From Bacillota bacterium (lineage in GTDB: Bacteria; Bacillota; Desulfotomaculia; Desulfotomaculales; Desulfocucumaceae), in contig JBMOPB010000013.1 of assembly GCA_049325055.1 (NCBI GenBank), positions 5,120 to 69,119 on the forward strand: a DNA stretch of 64,000 nucleotides, read 5' to 3'. A program made the translations under genes and the position numbers. Of the stretch, positions 18,319 through 27,113 are shown piece after piece (positions within the stretch are counted from its first letter, which is position 1; each line of letters opens with the position of its first letter). The notes beneath the pieces were generated by a model that was given only the letters and a program-made list of their open reading frames with translations, did not search any database and had not been told where the DNA came from.

Positions 18319-19328
18319 TTTTGCTGGGGGATATTATCGGGCACGGGGAAATCATAAAAAACCTCAGGGGAGCGCTGGCTTCGGGCAGGGTGGCCCACGC
18401 CTACCTTTTTTCGGGCCCGGAAGGGGTGGGCAAAAGGACTACTGCCTTGGCTTTTGCGGCGGCACTGATGTGTAACCGGCCCATTGACGGCGCCGGGTGC
18501 GGGGAGTGCGACGGCTGCCGGAGGGTGGCCCGGGAGGTTCACCCTGATGTGTTGGTAATAGGGCCCGAAGGTTCTTCGGTCAGGATCAGCCAGGTCCGGC
18601 AGATGATCTCGGGGGTTCAGGGGGGGGCGGCCATGGCCCGCTGGACCGTAAGGATAGTGGACGGCGCCGACCTGATGACCACGGAGGCCGCCAATTCCCT
18701 GCTAAAGACACTGGAGGAGCCTCTGCCCGGGGTGGTTTTCATACTGGTTGCCGCCAGGCCCCAGGCTATTCTTCCCACTATAATTTCCCGCTGTCAGCAT
18801 ATGTATTTTCAACCCCTGTTGAAATACCAGCTTGTACAGGGTATGATAAGGGTTACGGGGGCGCCGGGGGAAGAGGTGGATCTGGCGGCCTCGCTGGCCG
18901 GGGGAAGCCTGGGGAGGGCCCTGGATCTGTTTTCGGGCGGTCTTTACGCCAGGGACCGGGCTTACCGTGTTGTCACCGGCATTGCCGGCGCTTCGGTGGA
19001 GGACGCGCTGGCGCTGGCGGGGGAAGCGGCCGGGAAGAAAGAAGATGCTATAATACTTCTGGACCTGATGATGATATGGTTCCGTGACGCGTTAACGTAC
19101 AGGGAGACGGGAAAAGAGGCCTGTCTTATCAATTCGGACAGGAAGAATGAAGTGAGGGGCCTGGCCCGGTGTTACGGCACCGGCAGGCTTTTGGAAATAA
19201 TAAGTGATATAGAGCGGGCTAAAAGCTCGCTGACAGCCAGCGCAAACGTTCAGCTGGCCCTGGAGGTTCTTTTCCTGGGGCTGGCCGGAATGGACCCGGG
19301 CGGACCCTGGCTGGAGGAGGTTATGTAG
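18309..19328 (+). CDS. holB: DNA polymerase III delta-prime subunit
   Basis: 339 aa. AHAYLFSGPEGVGK. Zinc module CGECDGC. LLKTLEEP. SRCQ motif. GTG 18309 or ATG 18315. Confidence 0.92.
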   Translation: MGMILLGDIIGHGEIIKNLRGALASGRVAHAYLFSGPEGVGKRTTALAFAAALMCNRPIDGAGCGECDGCRRVAREVHPDVLVIGPEGSSVRISQVRQMISGVQGGAAMARWTVRIVDGADLMTTEAANSLLKTLEEPLPGVVFILVAARPQAILPTIISRCQHMYFQPLLKYQLVQGMIRVTGAPGEEVDLAASLAGGSLGRALDLFSGGLYARDRAYRVVTGIAGASVEDALALAGEAAGKKEDAIILLDLMMIWFRDALTYRETGKEACLINSDRKNEVRGLARCYGTGRLLEIISDIERAKSSLTASANVQLALEVLFLGLAGMDPGGPWLEEVM

Positions 19329-19331
19329 TGT

Positions 19332-20228
19332 ATGACGTACAGTGTAGTGGGAATCAGGTTTAAAAAGGCCGGGAAAATATATTATTTTGATCCCGGAGAT
19401 ATGAGTTTTGGAGTTGAAGACGATGTAATTGTGGAAACCGCCAGGGGTATAGAATACGGTGAGGTTGTGATAGGCACCGCCGATGTCCCCGAGGAGGAGG
19501 TTGTCGCCCCTCTCAAAAAGGTTTTGCGCAAGGCCACGGATGAGGACAGGAAACAGCTGAAGGAAAACCGTGAGAAAGAGGTCCGGGCCTTCCAGGTTTG
19601 CCTGGATAAGATAGCGGCGCACGGCCTGCCCATGAAGCTGGTGGGGGTTGAGCAGACCTTCGACGGCAGCAAGATAATATTTTATTTCACCGCCGAAGGA
19701 AGGATAGATTTCAGGGAACTGGTGAAGGACCTGGCGGCGGTTTTCCGGACCCGTATAGAGCTGCGCCAGATTGGGGTCAGGGACGAGGCCAAGATGATGG
19801 GGGGCCTGGGCTGCTGCGGCAGGGAGCTTTGCTGCTCCACATGGCTTTCCGACTTTGCCTCGGTTTCCATCAGGATGGCCAAAGACCAGAACCTATCCCT
19901 GAATCCCACCAAGATCTCGGGAATTTGCGGCCGCCTCATGTGCTGCCTTAAATATGAAAACGACACTTATGAGCTGGCCCGGGAGGAGTTCCCCGAGGTG
20001 GGAAGCCATGTTGTCACGCCCGTGGGAGAGGGTAAGGTCACAAGTATAAATATCTTCAAGAAAACAGTCGCGGTGGAATTGAAAGAAAGCAAGGCTATCA
20101 AGGAGTTTTCCAGCAATGAGATTACTCCCAAGGGAGCGAGGGGTGAAAATGACACATCCCCTGGGCCAAATGATCAGGCAAATGGAAACCAGGATGCAAG
20201 ATCTTGCTGCAGATCTTGCAAAAATTAA
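19332..20228 (+). CDS. ricT: PSP1-domain protein YaaT/RicT (stage 0 sporulation)
   Basis: 298 aa. PSP1 domain with [19 protein letters not shown] cysteine cluster. Conserved holB-yaaT-yabA order. Confidence 0.9.
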   Translation: MTYSVVGIRFKKAGKIYYFDPGDMSFGVEDDVIVETARGIEYGEVVIGTADVPEEEVVAPLKKVLRKATDEDRKQLKENREKEVRAFQVCLDKIAAHGLPMKLVGVEQTFDGSKIIFYFTAEGRIDFRELVKDLAAVFRTRIELRQIGVRDEAKMMGGLGCCGRELCCSTWLSDFASVSIRMAKDQNLSLNPTKISGICGRLMCCLKYENDTYELAREEFPEVGSHVVTPVGEGKVTSINIFKKTVAVELKESKAIKEFSSNEITPKGARGENDTSPGPNDQANGNQDARSCCRSCKN

Positions 20229-20478
20229 AAGGTACGTTCAACTGCTGGAGGATGAAAACTCAAGGCTCAAGACAGAGCTGGCCAGGGCTGTCCGGCCGGG
20301 CGGCAGCGGGAGCGTTGAAAGCCCGGGCGACCGGGAACCCCGGGGCATTGATAATCTTATGAACCTTTACGACCGGGGCTTTCACATCTGCAATGTGTAT
20401 TTCGGCGGGGTCCGCAGCGGGGACTGCCTTTTTTGCGCCGCCTTCATGCAAAAGGGGCGGGCGGTGACGCCACCCTGA
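20149..20478 (+). CDS. yabA: DNA replication initiation control protein YabA
   Basis: ORF 20116-20478. ATG 20149 follows GAGGGGTG. N-terminal coiled coil. C-terminal zinc motif [19 protein letters not shown] as in B. subtilis YabA. Confidence 0.88.
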   Translation: MTHPLGQMIRQMETRMQDLAADLAKIKRYVQLLEDENSRLKTELARAVRPGGSGSVESPGDREPRGIDNLMNLYDRGFHICNVYFGGVRSGDCLFCAAFMQKGRAVTPP

Positions 20479-21344
20479 TGGATACCAAGGGAATGCTTTA
20501 TCTTTGCGCCACCCCCATCGGCAACCTTGAGGACATCACACTAAGGGCATTGCGGATTCTCAGGGAGGCGGACCTGGTTGCCGCCGAGGATACAAGGCGC
20601 ACCAGAAAGCTCTTCAGTCATTACCAAATTCACACGCCGCTGACCAGCTATCATGACCATAACAGGCGCAGCAAGGGCCAGTACCTGATAGGGCAGCTGC
20701 TGGAGGGAAAGAATATCGCCCTGGTCACTGACGCCGGTTTGCCCGGGGTGTCCGATCCCGGGGAGGAGCTGGCTGCCATGGCGGTTGAAGAAGGAATAAA
20801 GGTGGTGCCGGTGCCGGGGCCCAGCGCCTCTCTGACCGCGCTGGTGGCATCCGGGCTTCCTGCCGGGAGGTTTTGCTTTGAGGGGTTTCTGCCGGCCAGG
20901 GGAAAGGCCAGAACAGCCAGGCTGGAGGATCTCAGGCCGGAAAAGAGGACCATGCTGTTTTACGAGGCCCCTCACCGCCTGGAGTCCACCCTGTCGGACA
21001 TGCTGAAAGTGCTGGGCGACAGGAGAGTATGTGTGGCCCGGGAGCTGACCAAGGTTTATGAGGAAATCTGGAGGGGTAACCTGCAGGATGCGGTTGAAAA
21101 GTTTGGCCGGAATACTCCAAAAGGAGAGATAACACTGGTGCTGGAAGGGGCCCGGGCTGAGGAGCCCGGAGGGGCCGGGGGCATCAGTTTTTCGGCGGAA
21201 GCTTTGGTCTCCATGGTTCAGGACTTCGAAATCAGGGGGCTGACCCGCAAGGAGGCTATAAAAGAGGCATCGATAAAGGCCGGACTGCCTAAAAGGGAAG
21301 TCTATGACGCCCTGCTGCAGCAAAAAAAAACAGGGGGTGGATAA
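20478..21344 (+). CDS. rsmI: 16S rRNA (cytidine1402-2'-O)-methyltransferase
   Basis: ORF 20433-21344. ATG overlaps the yabA stop (TGATG). LYLCATPIGNLEDIT N-terminus typical of RsmI/YabC. Confidence 0.92.
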   Translation: MDTKGMLYLCATPIGNLEDITLRALRILREADLVAAEDTRRTRKLFSHYQIHTPLTSYHDHNRRSKGQYLIGQLLEGKNIALVTDAGLPGVSDPGEELAAMAVEEGIKVVPVPGPSASLTALVASGLPAGRFCFEGFLPARGKARTARLEDLRPEKRTMLFYEAPHRLESTLSDMLKVLGDRRVCVARELTKVYEEIWRGNLQDAVEKFGRNTPKGEITLVLEGARAEEPGGAGGISFSAEALVSMVQDFEIRGLTRKEAIKEASIKAGLPKREVYDALLQQKKTGGG

Positions 21345-21352
21345 ACCCCCTG
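21322..21352 (-). terminator. Rho-independent terminator of abrB, embedded in the 3-prime end of rsmI
   Basis: Minus-strand hairpin CAGGGGG/CCCCCTG followed by T9 (an A9 run on the + strand at 21322-21330). Confidence 0.6.
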
Positions 21353-21381
21353 GCATGGCCATTCACTAATTACTTAGCTGT

Positions 21382-21648
21382 TTATATGGCCTTTGGGACT
21401 ACTTCAAATTTGGATGCCATGTCCTTGGCGCAGTCCTTGCAAACTCTCTTTCCCTGGTAGTCCTGGACGTCTGCTGCATTTCCGCAAAAAATACAGGCTG
21501 GCTCATATTTTTTGAGGATGATTTTTTCGTTATCCACATAGATCTCCAGGGCATCTTTTTCGTCTATGCCCATGGTCCTCCTCAGTTCGATGGGGATAAC
21601 GACCCGACCCAGCTCGTCCACCTTTCTGACAATACCTGTAGATTTCAC
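21382..21648 (-). CDS. abrB: Transition-state regulator AbrB (SpoVT/AbrB swapped-hairpin N-domain) with Cys4 C-terminal tail
   Basis: ORF 21382-21720. GTG 21648 gives VKSTGIVRKVDELGRVVIPIELRR, nearly identical to the B. subtilis AbrB N-terminus. GGAGGG RBS. C-terminus carries CIFC-N14-CKDC. Confidence 0.9.
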   Translation of the reverse strand: MKSTGIVRKVDELGRVVIPIELRRTMGIDEKDALEIYVDNEKIILKKYEPACIFCGNAADVQDYQGKRVCKDCAKDMASKFEVVPKAI

Positions 21649-21677
21649 ACTATCCCTCCCCTCTTGCACACACAACC

Positions 21678-21684
21678 TTCGACA
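21678..21684 (-). promoter_or_regulatory. Candidate Spo0A box in the abrB leader
   Basis: Perfect TGTCGAA on the minus strand about 30 nt upstream of the abrB start codon. Confidence 0.4.
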
Positions 21685-21794
21685 TAAAGAAACAAAATAA
21701 GTGTGACTAAATGGTACCAATCATACCATTAAAAGTCAATAGGTGTTCTAAATTTTGGATAATATTGTTTTTACCTGACCTTTTGGGGGGAAAC

Positions 21795-21823
21795 TTGACA
21801 TAGGAGTAAAAGGCGGTTAAAAT
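21795..21823 (+). promoter_or_regulatory. Sigma-A-type promoter of the metG T-box leader
   Basis: TTGACA (21795-21800), 17 nt spacer, TAAAAT (21818-21823). Confidence 0.6.
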
Positions 21824-21829
21824 TACCCT

Positions 21830-22166
21830 ATTGGAAAATTATATACCTTACAGGCAGTGAAGGGGATGAGTAAGCCGGGCAATCCGCCAAGAGAGCGGGG
21901 TTAGGTGTAAGCCCGCCGGACCAGCCGGCCGAACATGGCCCCGGAGCCGGGTGTCGAAAGCCTTGTGTAAAATGGGTAATAACGTCTGGATAGCACAGGC
22001 CGTAGGCTCATCCGGGTTGAGCGCCGTTATCATGCTCGAAGGTTACGGACAACATTGTCTTAAGACCTGATGAGGCCTGTGCTTGAAAAAGCCCGGGCAA
22101 AATTGGGGTGGTACCGCGGAAGAATACCTCCGCCCCCGGCTGTGTGTCGGGCGGAGGTTTTTATTT
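21830..22166 (+). promoter_or_regulatory. T-box riboswitch leader (Met specifier) with terminator
   Basis: AGAGAG box at 21890-21895. Candidate specifier GAAC-ATG-G (ATG 21935-21937). Canonical T-box AAATTGGGGTGGTACCGCG at 22099-22119. Terminator CCTCCGCCC/GGGCGGAGG plus T-run at 22127-22166. Lies upstream of metG. Confidence 0.88.
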
Positions 22167-22190
22167 TGCCAGGGAGCCGGAATTGCGGTT

Positions 22191-22222
22191 GAAATCCAGA
22201 ATCTTATAGAATTCTGGATTCC
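22191..22222. repeat. Short AGAATYC-type palindrome
   Basis: GAAATCCAGAAT-cttataga-ATTCTGGATTCC. Two-heptamer arms of the same family as 12.4/42.9/43.8 kb. Confidence 0.6.
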
Positions 22223-22275
22223 TCTTGGCAATATCTTTGCCCTCCGTAGTTTATTTTTATGAAAGGAGAAAAGGA

Positions 22276-23823
22276 ATGGGAGAACAAAAGACTTTTTATA
22301 TAACCACACCCATATACTATCCCAGTGACAACCTGCATATAGGGCACGCCTACACCACGGTGGCGGCGGATACCTTCGCCAGGTTCAAGAGGCTTACCGG
22401 CTACGACGTTTGGTTTCTTACCGGATCCGACGAGCACGGCCAGAAAATAGACAGGGCCGCCCGGTCGAAGGGGCAAACCCCTTTGGAGTACGTCGACAAG
22501 ATAGTGGAGGGCTTCAAGAACCTCTGGGCAAGGCTTGAGATCAGCTGCGACGATTTTATCCGCACCACCGAGGAAAGGCATAAGAGGGTGGTTTCCGGGA
22601 TATTTGAGAGGCTGTACCGGCAGGGGGACATATACAAGGCCAGCTATGAAGGATGGTACTGCACTCCCTGTGAAACCTTCTGGCTGGAGGGCAGGCTTGA
22701 GGAAGGCAACTGCCCCGACTGCGGCAGGCCGGTTGAGCTTCTGAAAGAGGAAAGCTACTTTTTCAGGATGTCTAATTACGCCGACAGGCTTTTAAAGCAC
22801 ATAGAAGACAACCCACAGTTCATACAGCCGGCTTCAAGGCGCAACGAGATGACTAGCTTCATTAAGAGCGGGCTGGAGGACCTGTGCGTATCGCGTACCA
22901 CCTTCGACTGGGGCATTAAGGTTCCCTTTGACCCCAAGCATGTGGTGTATGTATGGGTTGACGCACTGACGAACTATATTTCGGCCCTTGGCTACGGCAG
23001 CGGGGACGACCACCTGTACAAAAAATTCTGGCCCGCCGACATACACCTGGTGGGCAAGGACATCGTGCGCTTCCATACCGTGATATGGCCGATGATACTG
23101 ATGGCAGCCGGGATTCCCCTGCCCAAGCAGGTGGTGGGCCACGGGTGGCTGCTGCTTGACAGCGGCAAGATGAGCAAGTCCAAGGGCAACGTGGTGGATC
23201 CCCACGCGCTTATAGATAAATACGGGGTTGACGCCATAAGGTACTACCTGCTGAGGGAGATGGGCTTCGGAGCCGACGGGCTGTATTCCGAGGACGCGCT
23301 TATCAACAGGATAAATAAGGACCTGGCCAACGATCTGGGCAACCTGATCAGCAGGACGCTGGGAATGGCGGATAAATACTTCAAGGGAGTTATAGGCGCT
23401 CCCGGCCCTGCCGAGGGGCCGGATCAGGAACTGATCGCACTGGCCTCAGAGACGCCTGAGGCGGTGGAGGAACTAATAGAAAAGAGAGAGCTTTCCAATG
23501 CCCTGGCGGCAGTCTGGAAGCTTGTGGCCCGGGCCAACAAGTACGTTGATGAAACTGCCCCCTGGGTGCTGGCCAAGAACCCGGAATCCAGGGATCGGCT
23601 CAACACCGTGCTGTACAATCTCACGGAAACAATCCGGTTCATTACGGTGTTGACATCCCCATTTATGCCCCTTATGGCTCCCAGGGTATGGCCGCTGATG
23701 GGGATAGCCGACAGGCCGGAACTGCATACCTGGGAATCCCTTACCTGGGGGCGCTTCCCGGCCGGGGTGGCGGTCAGGAGAGGTGATCCCCTGTTCCCGC
23801 GTATAGAAGAAGTCAGGGATTAG
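22276..23823 (+). CDS. metG: Methionine--tRNA ligase (short form, no C-terminal tRNA-binding extension)
   Basis: ORF 22225-23823. HIGH motif (LHIGHAYT). KMSKS present. Zinc knuckle CTPC..CPDC. Confidence 0.95.
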   Translation: MGEQKTFYITTPIYYPSDNLHIGHAYTTVAADTFARFKRLTGYDVWFLTGSDEHGQKIDRAARSKGQTPLEYVDKIVEGFKNLWARLEISCDDFIRTTEERHKRVVSGIFERLYRQGDIYKASYEGWYCTPCETFWLEGRLEEGNCPDCGRPVELLKEESYFFRMSNYADRLLKHIEDNPQFIQPASRRNEMTSFIKSGLEDLCVSRTTFDWGIKVPFDPKHVVYVWVDALTNYISALGYGSGDDHLYKKFWPADIHLVGKDIVRFHTVIWPMILMAAGIPLPKQVVGHGWLLLDSGKMSKSKGNVVDPHALIDKYGVDAIRYYLLREMGFGADGLYSEDALINRINKDLANDLGNLISRTLGMADKYFKGVIGAPGPAEGPDQELIALASETPEAVEELIEKRELSNALAAVWKLVARANKYVDETAPWVLAKNPESRDRLNTVLYNLTETIRFITVLTSPFMPLMAPRVWPLMGIADRPELHTWESLTWGRFPAGVAVRRGDPLFPRIEEVRD

Positions 23824-23847
23824 GATTTAGGGCTAGGGGTGATATAC

Positions 23848-24642
23848 ATGCATGATTTAATTCTGGTGGATACCCACGCCCACATCGATATAGAGGAATT
23901 TGACGGCGACCGGGAGGAAACGGTACAAAGGGCCTCTGAAAGCGGAGTGGCCGTTATAGTAAACGCCTCCTTCGACCTTGAGTCCTCCCGCCGGTCGGTG
24001 GCCCTGGCCGGACGGTACAGCGGACTGTATGCCATCGTGGGGATTCACCCCCACGACGCTGATGAGGCCCCGCAGGGCTACCTGGACCGGCTGGCCGAAC
24101 TGGCCCGGGACCCCAAGGTGGTGGCCCTGGGTGAGATGGGCCTGGACTACTACCGCAACTTAAGCCCCAGGGAGGCTCAGCAAAGGGTTTTCAGGGAGCA
24201 GCTTGCCCTGGCCAGGGAACTGGAAATGCCCGTGGTAATACACGACCGGGACGCCCACGGGGACCTGATGGATATTATCAGAAAAGACGGTGTGCCGGAA
24301 AAGGGCGGCGTGATGCACTGCTACAGCGGCAGCTGGGAAATGGCGCAGGAGTGCATGAAAAGGGGGTTTTATATCTCCATCGCCGGACCTGTGACCTATC
24401 CCAATGCGGCCAGGCTGAAGGATATCGCCGCCAGGCTCCCTTCGGACCGCATACTTATCGAGACCGACTGCCCCTATTTAAGCCCCCAGGTATACCGGGG
24501 CAGGAGAAACGAGCCGGCATACGTCAAATATGTTGCCGAAGAAATAGCCCGGCTACGGGGGATATCAACCGGAGAATTCGCCAGGGCCGCCTCCTCCAAC
24601 GCAGCCCGTATATTCGGGATTAAGCTGGAGTACCTCTCATAG
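23848..24642 (+). CDS. tatD: TatD-family metal-dependent DNase/hydrolase (YabD)
   Basis: ORF 23839-24642. DTHAH N-terminal motif. Follows metG as in B. subtilis. Confidence 0.92.
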   Translation: MHDLILVDTHAHIDIEEFDGDREETVQRASESGVAVIVNASFDLESSRRSVALAGRYSGLYAIVGIHPHDADEAPQGYLDRLAELARDPKVVALGEMGLDYYRNLSPREAQQRVFREQLALARELEMPVVIHDRDAHGDLMDIIRKDGVPEKGGVMHCYSGSWEMAQECMKRGFYISIAGPVTYPNAARLKDIAARLPSDRILIETDCPYLSPQVYRGRRNEPAYVKYVAEEIARLRGISTGEFARAASSNAARIFGIKLEYLS

Positions 24643-24715
24643 GAGGCATTCTTAGAATAAAACGAAATTCCCGGGAATGAGAGCTTTGTGTATTTGAATG
24701 GCGGGAGTGATGTAA

Positions 24716-25246
24716 ATGGCCGAAAACAGGGGCCTGGTGATTGTTTTCACCGGTAACGGCAAGGGAAAAACAACGGCGGCCCTGGGAATGGCCCTGAGGG
24801 CATGGGGCCAGGGAATGAAAATTTTGATACTCCAGTTCATAAAGGGAGGCTGGGTATACGGGGAGCTTATGGCCTCCGGAAAGCTGGAGGGACTGGAAAT
24901 AAGGCCCCTGGGTGAAGGCTTTGTCAGGGGAAGTGAAGAAAAGGACGGGGAACTTCACAGGCAGGCCGCCCGCAAGGCCCTGGAGGAGGCAAAAGGCGAA
25001 ATAACCTCCGGCAGGTGGGATATGGTGATACTTGACGAGATAATATACGCCGCCGGCTTCAACCTGTTGAGCGAGGAGGATTTGCTTGAAGTAATATCAG
25101 TGAAGCCCCCTGGGCTGCACCTGGTCCTGACCGGCCGCAACGCCCCGCAGTCCATCATAGAAAGGGCCGACCTGGTCACGGAGATGATGGAGGTTAAGCA
25201 CCCTTACAGGCAGGGGATAAAGGCCCAAAGGGGCGTGGAGTTTTAA
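24716..25246 (+). CDS. cobO: Cob(I)yrinic acid a,c-diamide / cob(I)alamin adenosyltransferase
   Basis: 176 aa. P-loop GNGKGKTTAALG and LILQFIKG typical of the CobA/CobO/BtuR family. Confidence 0.88.
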   Translation: MAENRGLVIVFTGNGKGKTTAALGMALRAWGQGMKILILQFIKGGWVYGELMASGKLEGLEIRPLGEGFVRGSEEKDGELHRQAARKALEEAKGEITSGRWDMVILDEIIYAAGFNLLSEEDLLEVISVKPPGLHLVLTGRNAPQSIIERADLVTEMMEVKHPYRQGIKAQRGVEF

Positions 25247-25283
25247 TCACAGCCGATAACGCTAAAATCTGCCGCAAATGAAA

Positions 25284-25313
25284 AGCAGAGGGCAAACAGC
25301 CCTCTGCTTTTTG
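25284..25313 (+). terminator. Rho-independent terminator after cobO
   Basis: Stem AGCAGAGGG/CCCTCTGCT followed by TTTTT. Confidence 0.7.
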
Positions 25314-25371
25314 GATTAATTTACCGTTCTTTGATTTGTTCTGCCGGCATATTTTTTTAATGGGTGATTTT

Positions 25372-26037
25372 ATGGAAATGCATGGAAACATATCCTTCTG
25401 GATAGCAGCCCTGGAAATTATCCTCATCGACCTGGTAATGAGCGGGGATAATGCTTTAATAATTGCCATGGCTACCAGAAACCTGGACAAACAAAACAGA
25501 AAAAAGGCCTTTTTGCTGGGGGCACTGGGGGCGATAGCACTCAGGATTCTATTCACCAGCTTGATTGCCGTCACTCTCATCAGGGTGCCCTTCCTGCAGT
25601 TTGCCGGCGGAGTGGTGTTGATCTGGATAGCCATAAAACTTCTTACAGAAAGTGATGAGGAAAGACGCATAGAACCCCAGAAACACCTGTTGAAGGCCGT
25701 TAAGACTATTATTCTGGCCGACCTGGTTATGTCCATGGACAATGTTCTTGCCGTTGGCGGGGCTTCCCACGGAAGCCTTGTGCTGCTGATAGCCGGCCTT
25801 CTGTTCAGCATGACCCTTTTGATGGTGGGGAGCCAGTTGCTGGCTTCGGCAATGTCAAAATTCTATTTTGTCACCTATGTCGGTGCCGGTATTATCGCCT
25901 GGGTGGCCGGTGACATGATCAGCGGCGAAAAGTATTTAAAGCCGTTGTTGCCGGCTCACGGCTCCCTTTATATCGCAATGTTCGCGGTGATGACGGTTTT
26001 TGTTACGGCAGAGGTTATACAGTACAGGAGGCGGTAG
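25372..26037 (+). CDS. TerC-family integral membrane protein (YjbE-like)
   Basis: ORF 25336-26037. Twin DLVMSGDNALIIA / DLVMSMDNVLAV motifs and multiple TM segments. Confidence 0.8.
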   Translation: MEMHGNISFWIAALEIILIDLVMSGDNALIIAMATRNLDKQNRKKAFLLGALGAIALRILFTSLIAVTLIRVPFLQFAGGVVLIWIAIKLLTESDEERRIEPQKHLLKAVKTIILADLVMSMDNVLAVGGASHGSLVLLIAGLLFSMTLLMVGSQLLASAMSKFYFVTYVGAGIIAWVAGDMISGEKYLKPLLPAHGSLYIAMFAVMTVFVTAEVIQYRRR

Positions 26038-26080
26038 CCCACGTCCAAAAGATCACAGCTGGCCGTACCGGTCCCGGGGT

Positions 26081-26767
26081 TCATGCTGCCGGGGTCTTTT
26101 CCCTGCGCTTCCTTGCGTTCCATACCCACCCGTATATCAGTACAAAGGCGGTTATCGCCACAGGTACGGCCACATGGATCATATCCGTAATGTGGCCGTA
26201 ATTATTATGCAGAAAGCCCGCCACCATCTTGTCTTCCACAAGCATCTTCCCGGCCGTCCAGCCCAGTATTCCGGCTCCTATATATACGATCACGGGAAAC
26301 TTCTTCATCAGGTACAGTATTAGCCGGGCGCAAAAAATAATAACGGGTATGCTGGTGGCAAGGCCGATAACAAGCATTACCCAGTCTCCCTTTGAAACGG
26401 CTGCGATGGCCAGGGTATTGTCCAGACTCATTACAAGGTCGGCAAAAATAATTATTTTTACAGCCTGCACGATGTTTTCCGCAGTCTCGCTCTCCTCCCC
26501 GGAGTCGTCCTCCCTGAGCAGTTTAACAGCCACATATGTAAGCAGGAGAGCGCCCGCAGCCTGCAGCAGCGGAATTCTTAACAGCAGCACTATCACAATG
26601 GTCAGTATGACTCTTAAAACTACCGCCCCGCCGCTTCCTATCAGTATGGCCGCCTTTTGCTGTTTGGGAGGCAGCTTCCGGCTGGCCAGGGCAATGACCA
26701 CGGCGTTGTCTCCGCTCAAGACCATGTTGATCATGAAAATACTCAGTAATACAGATATCTGTTCCAT
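26081..26767 (-). CDS. TerC-family integral membrane protein (YjbE-like), paralog
   Basis: 228 aa. SGDNAVVIALA and DLVMSLDNTLAIA motifs. Convergent with the previous TerC gene. Confidence 0.8.
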   Translation of the reverse strand: MEQISVLLSIFMINMVLSGDNAVVIALASRKLPPKQQKAAILIGSGGAVVLRVILTIVIVLLLRIPLLQAAGALLLTYVAVKLLREDDSGEESETAENIVQAVKIIIFADLVMSLDNTLAIAAVSKGDWVMLVIGLATSIPVIIFCARLILYLMKKFPVIVYIGAGILGWTAGKMLVEDKMVAGFLHNNYGHITDMIHVAVPVAITAFVLIYGWVWNARKRREKTPAA

Positions 26768-26954
26768 TAAAAATCACCCTTTCAGCTGACCGGCAAAAGG
26801 GCAGAAGCCGGTTGCATACTTAAAGATATGCAATGCCCATGCCCTATGATTTCGTAAAAACGGGGACTGGGCATAAATGCCGGGATATATTTTTAAACTA
26901 TTGCAAAAAACCAGTTATCACAACCGGGTGTTAATAATAGAATGTTAATAGCCG

Positions 26955-26996
26955 GGTTGCCGGCAACCTGCCATTTCGGACCGGTTGCCGGCAACT
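26955..26996. promoter_or_regulatory. Two copies of the self-complementary 14-mer GGTTGCCGGCAAC(C/T); candidate operator
   Basis: Exact copies at 26955-26968 and 26983-26996 (28 bp apart) in the divergent TerC/yabE intergenic region. Confidence 0.35.
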
Positions 26997-27113
26997 TTTG
27001 ACAATCTTAAAAGATACTTTTTTCATGGCTTTGGAAGGAAACCGGGGAAAAAGATAGAAGTATTATTAAAGCATTTATGTGCGGTGGGAGTGCACCGGAA
27101 AGGGGGAGCAGTT

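Noticed and set aside
20541-21362. 273-aa minus-strand ORF
   Set aside because: It is antisense to the well-supported rsmI gene. It is Pro/Gly/Gln-rich and low-complexity, with no RBS.
24643-24715. Cobalamin riboswitch upstream of cobO
   Set aside because: The spacer is only about 70 nt and lacks a B12-box-like core. No riboswitch is called.
25194-26789. ORFs 25194-25811 (-) and 26229-26789 (+)
   Set aside because: Each is antisense to a TerC-family gene whose motifs are clear. They are Ser/Thr/Ala/Ile-rich mirror frames.
26768-26950. yybP-ykoY (Mn) riboswitch upstream of the minus-strand TerC gene, and at 25247-25371 upstream of the plus-strand one
   Set aside because: The reverse-complement inspection did not show the conserved GGGGAGUAG / UUGACA cores. 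The plus-strand spacer is occupied by the cobO terminator.
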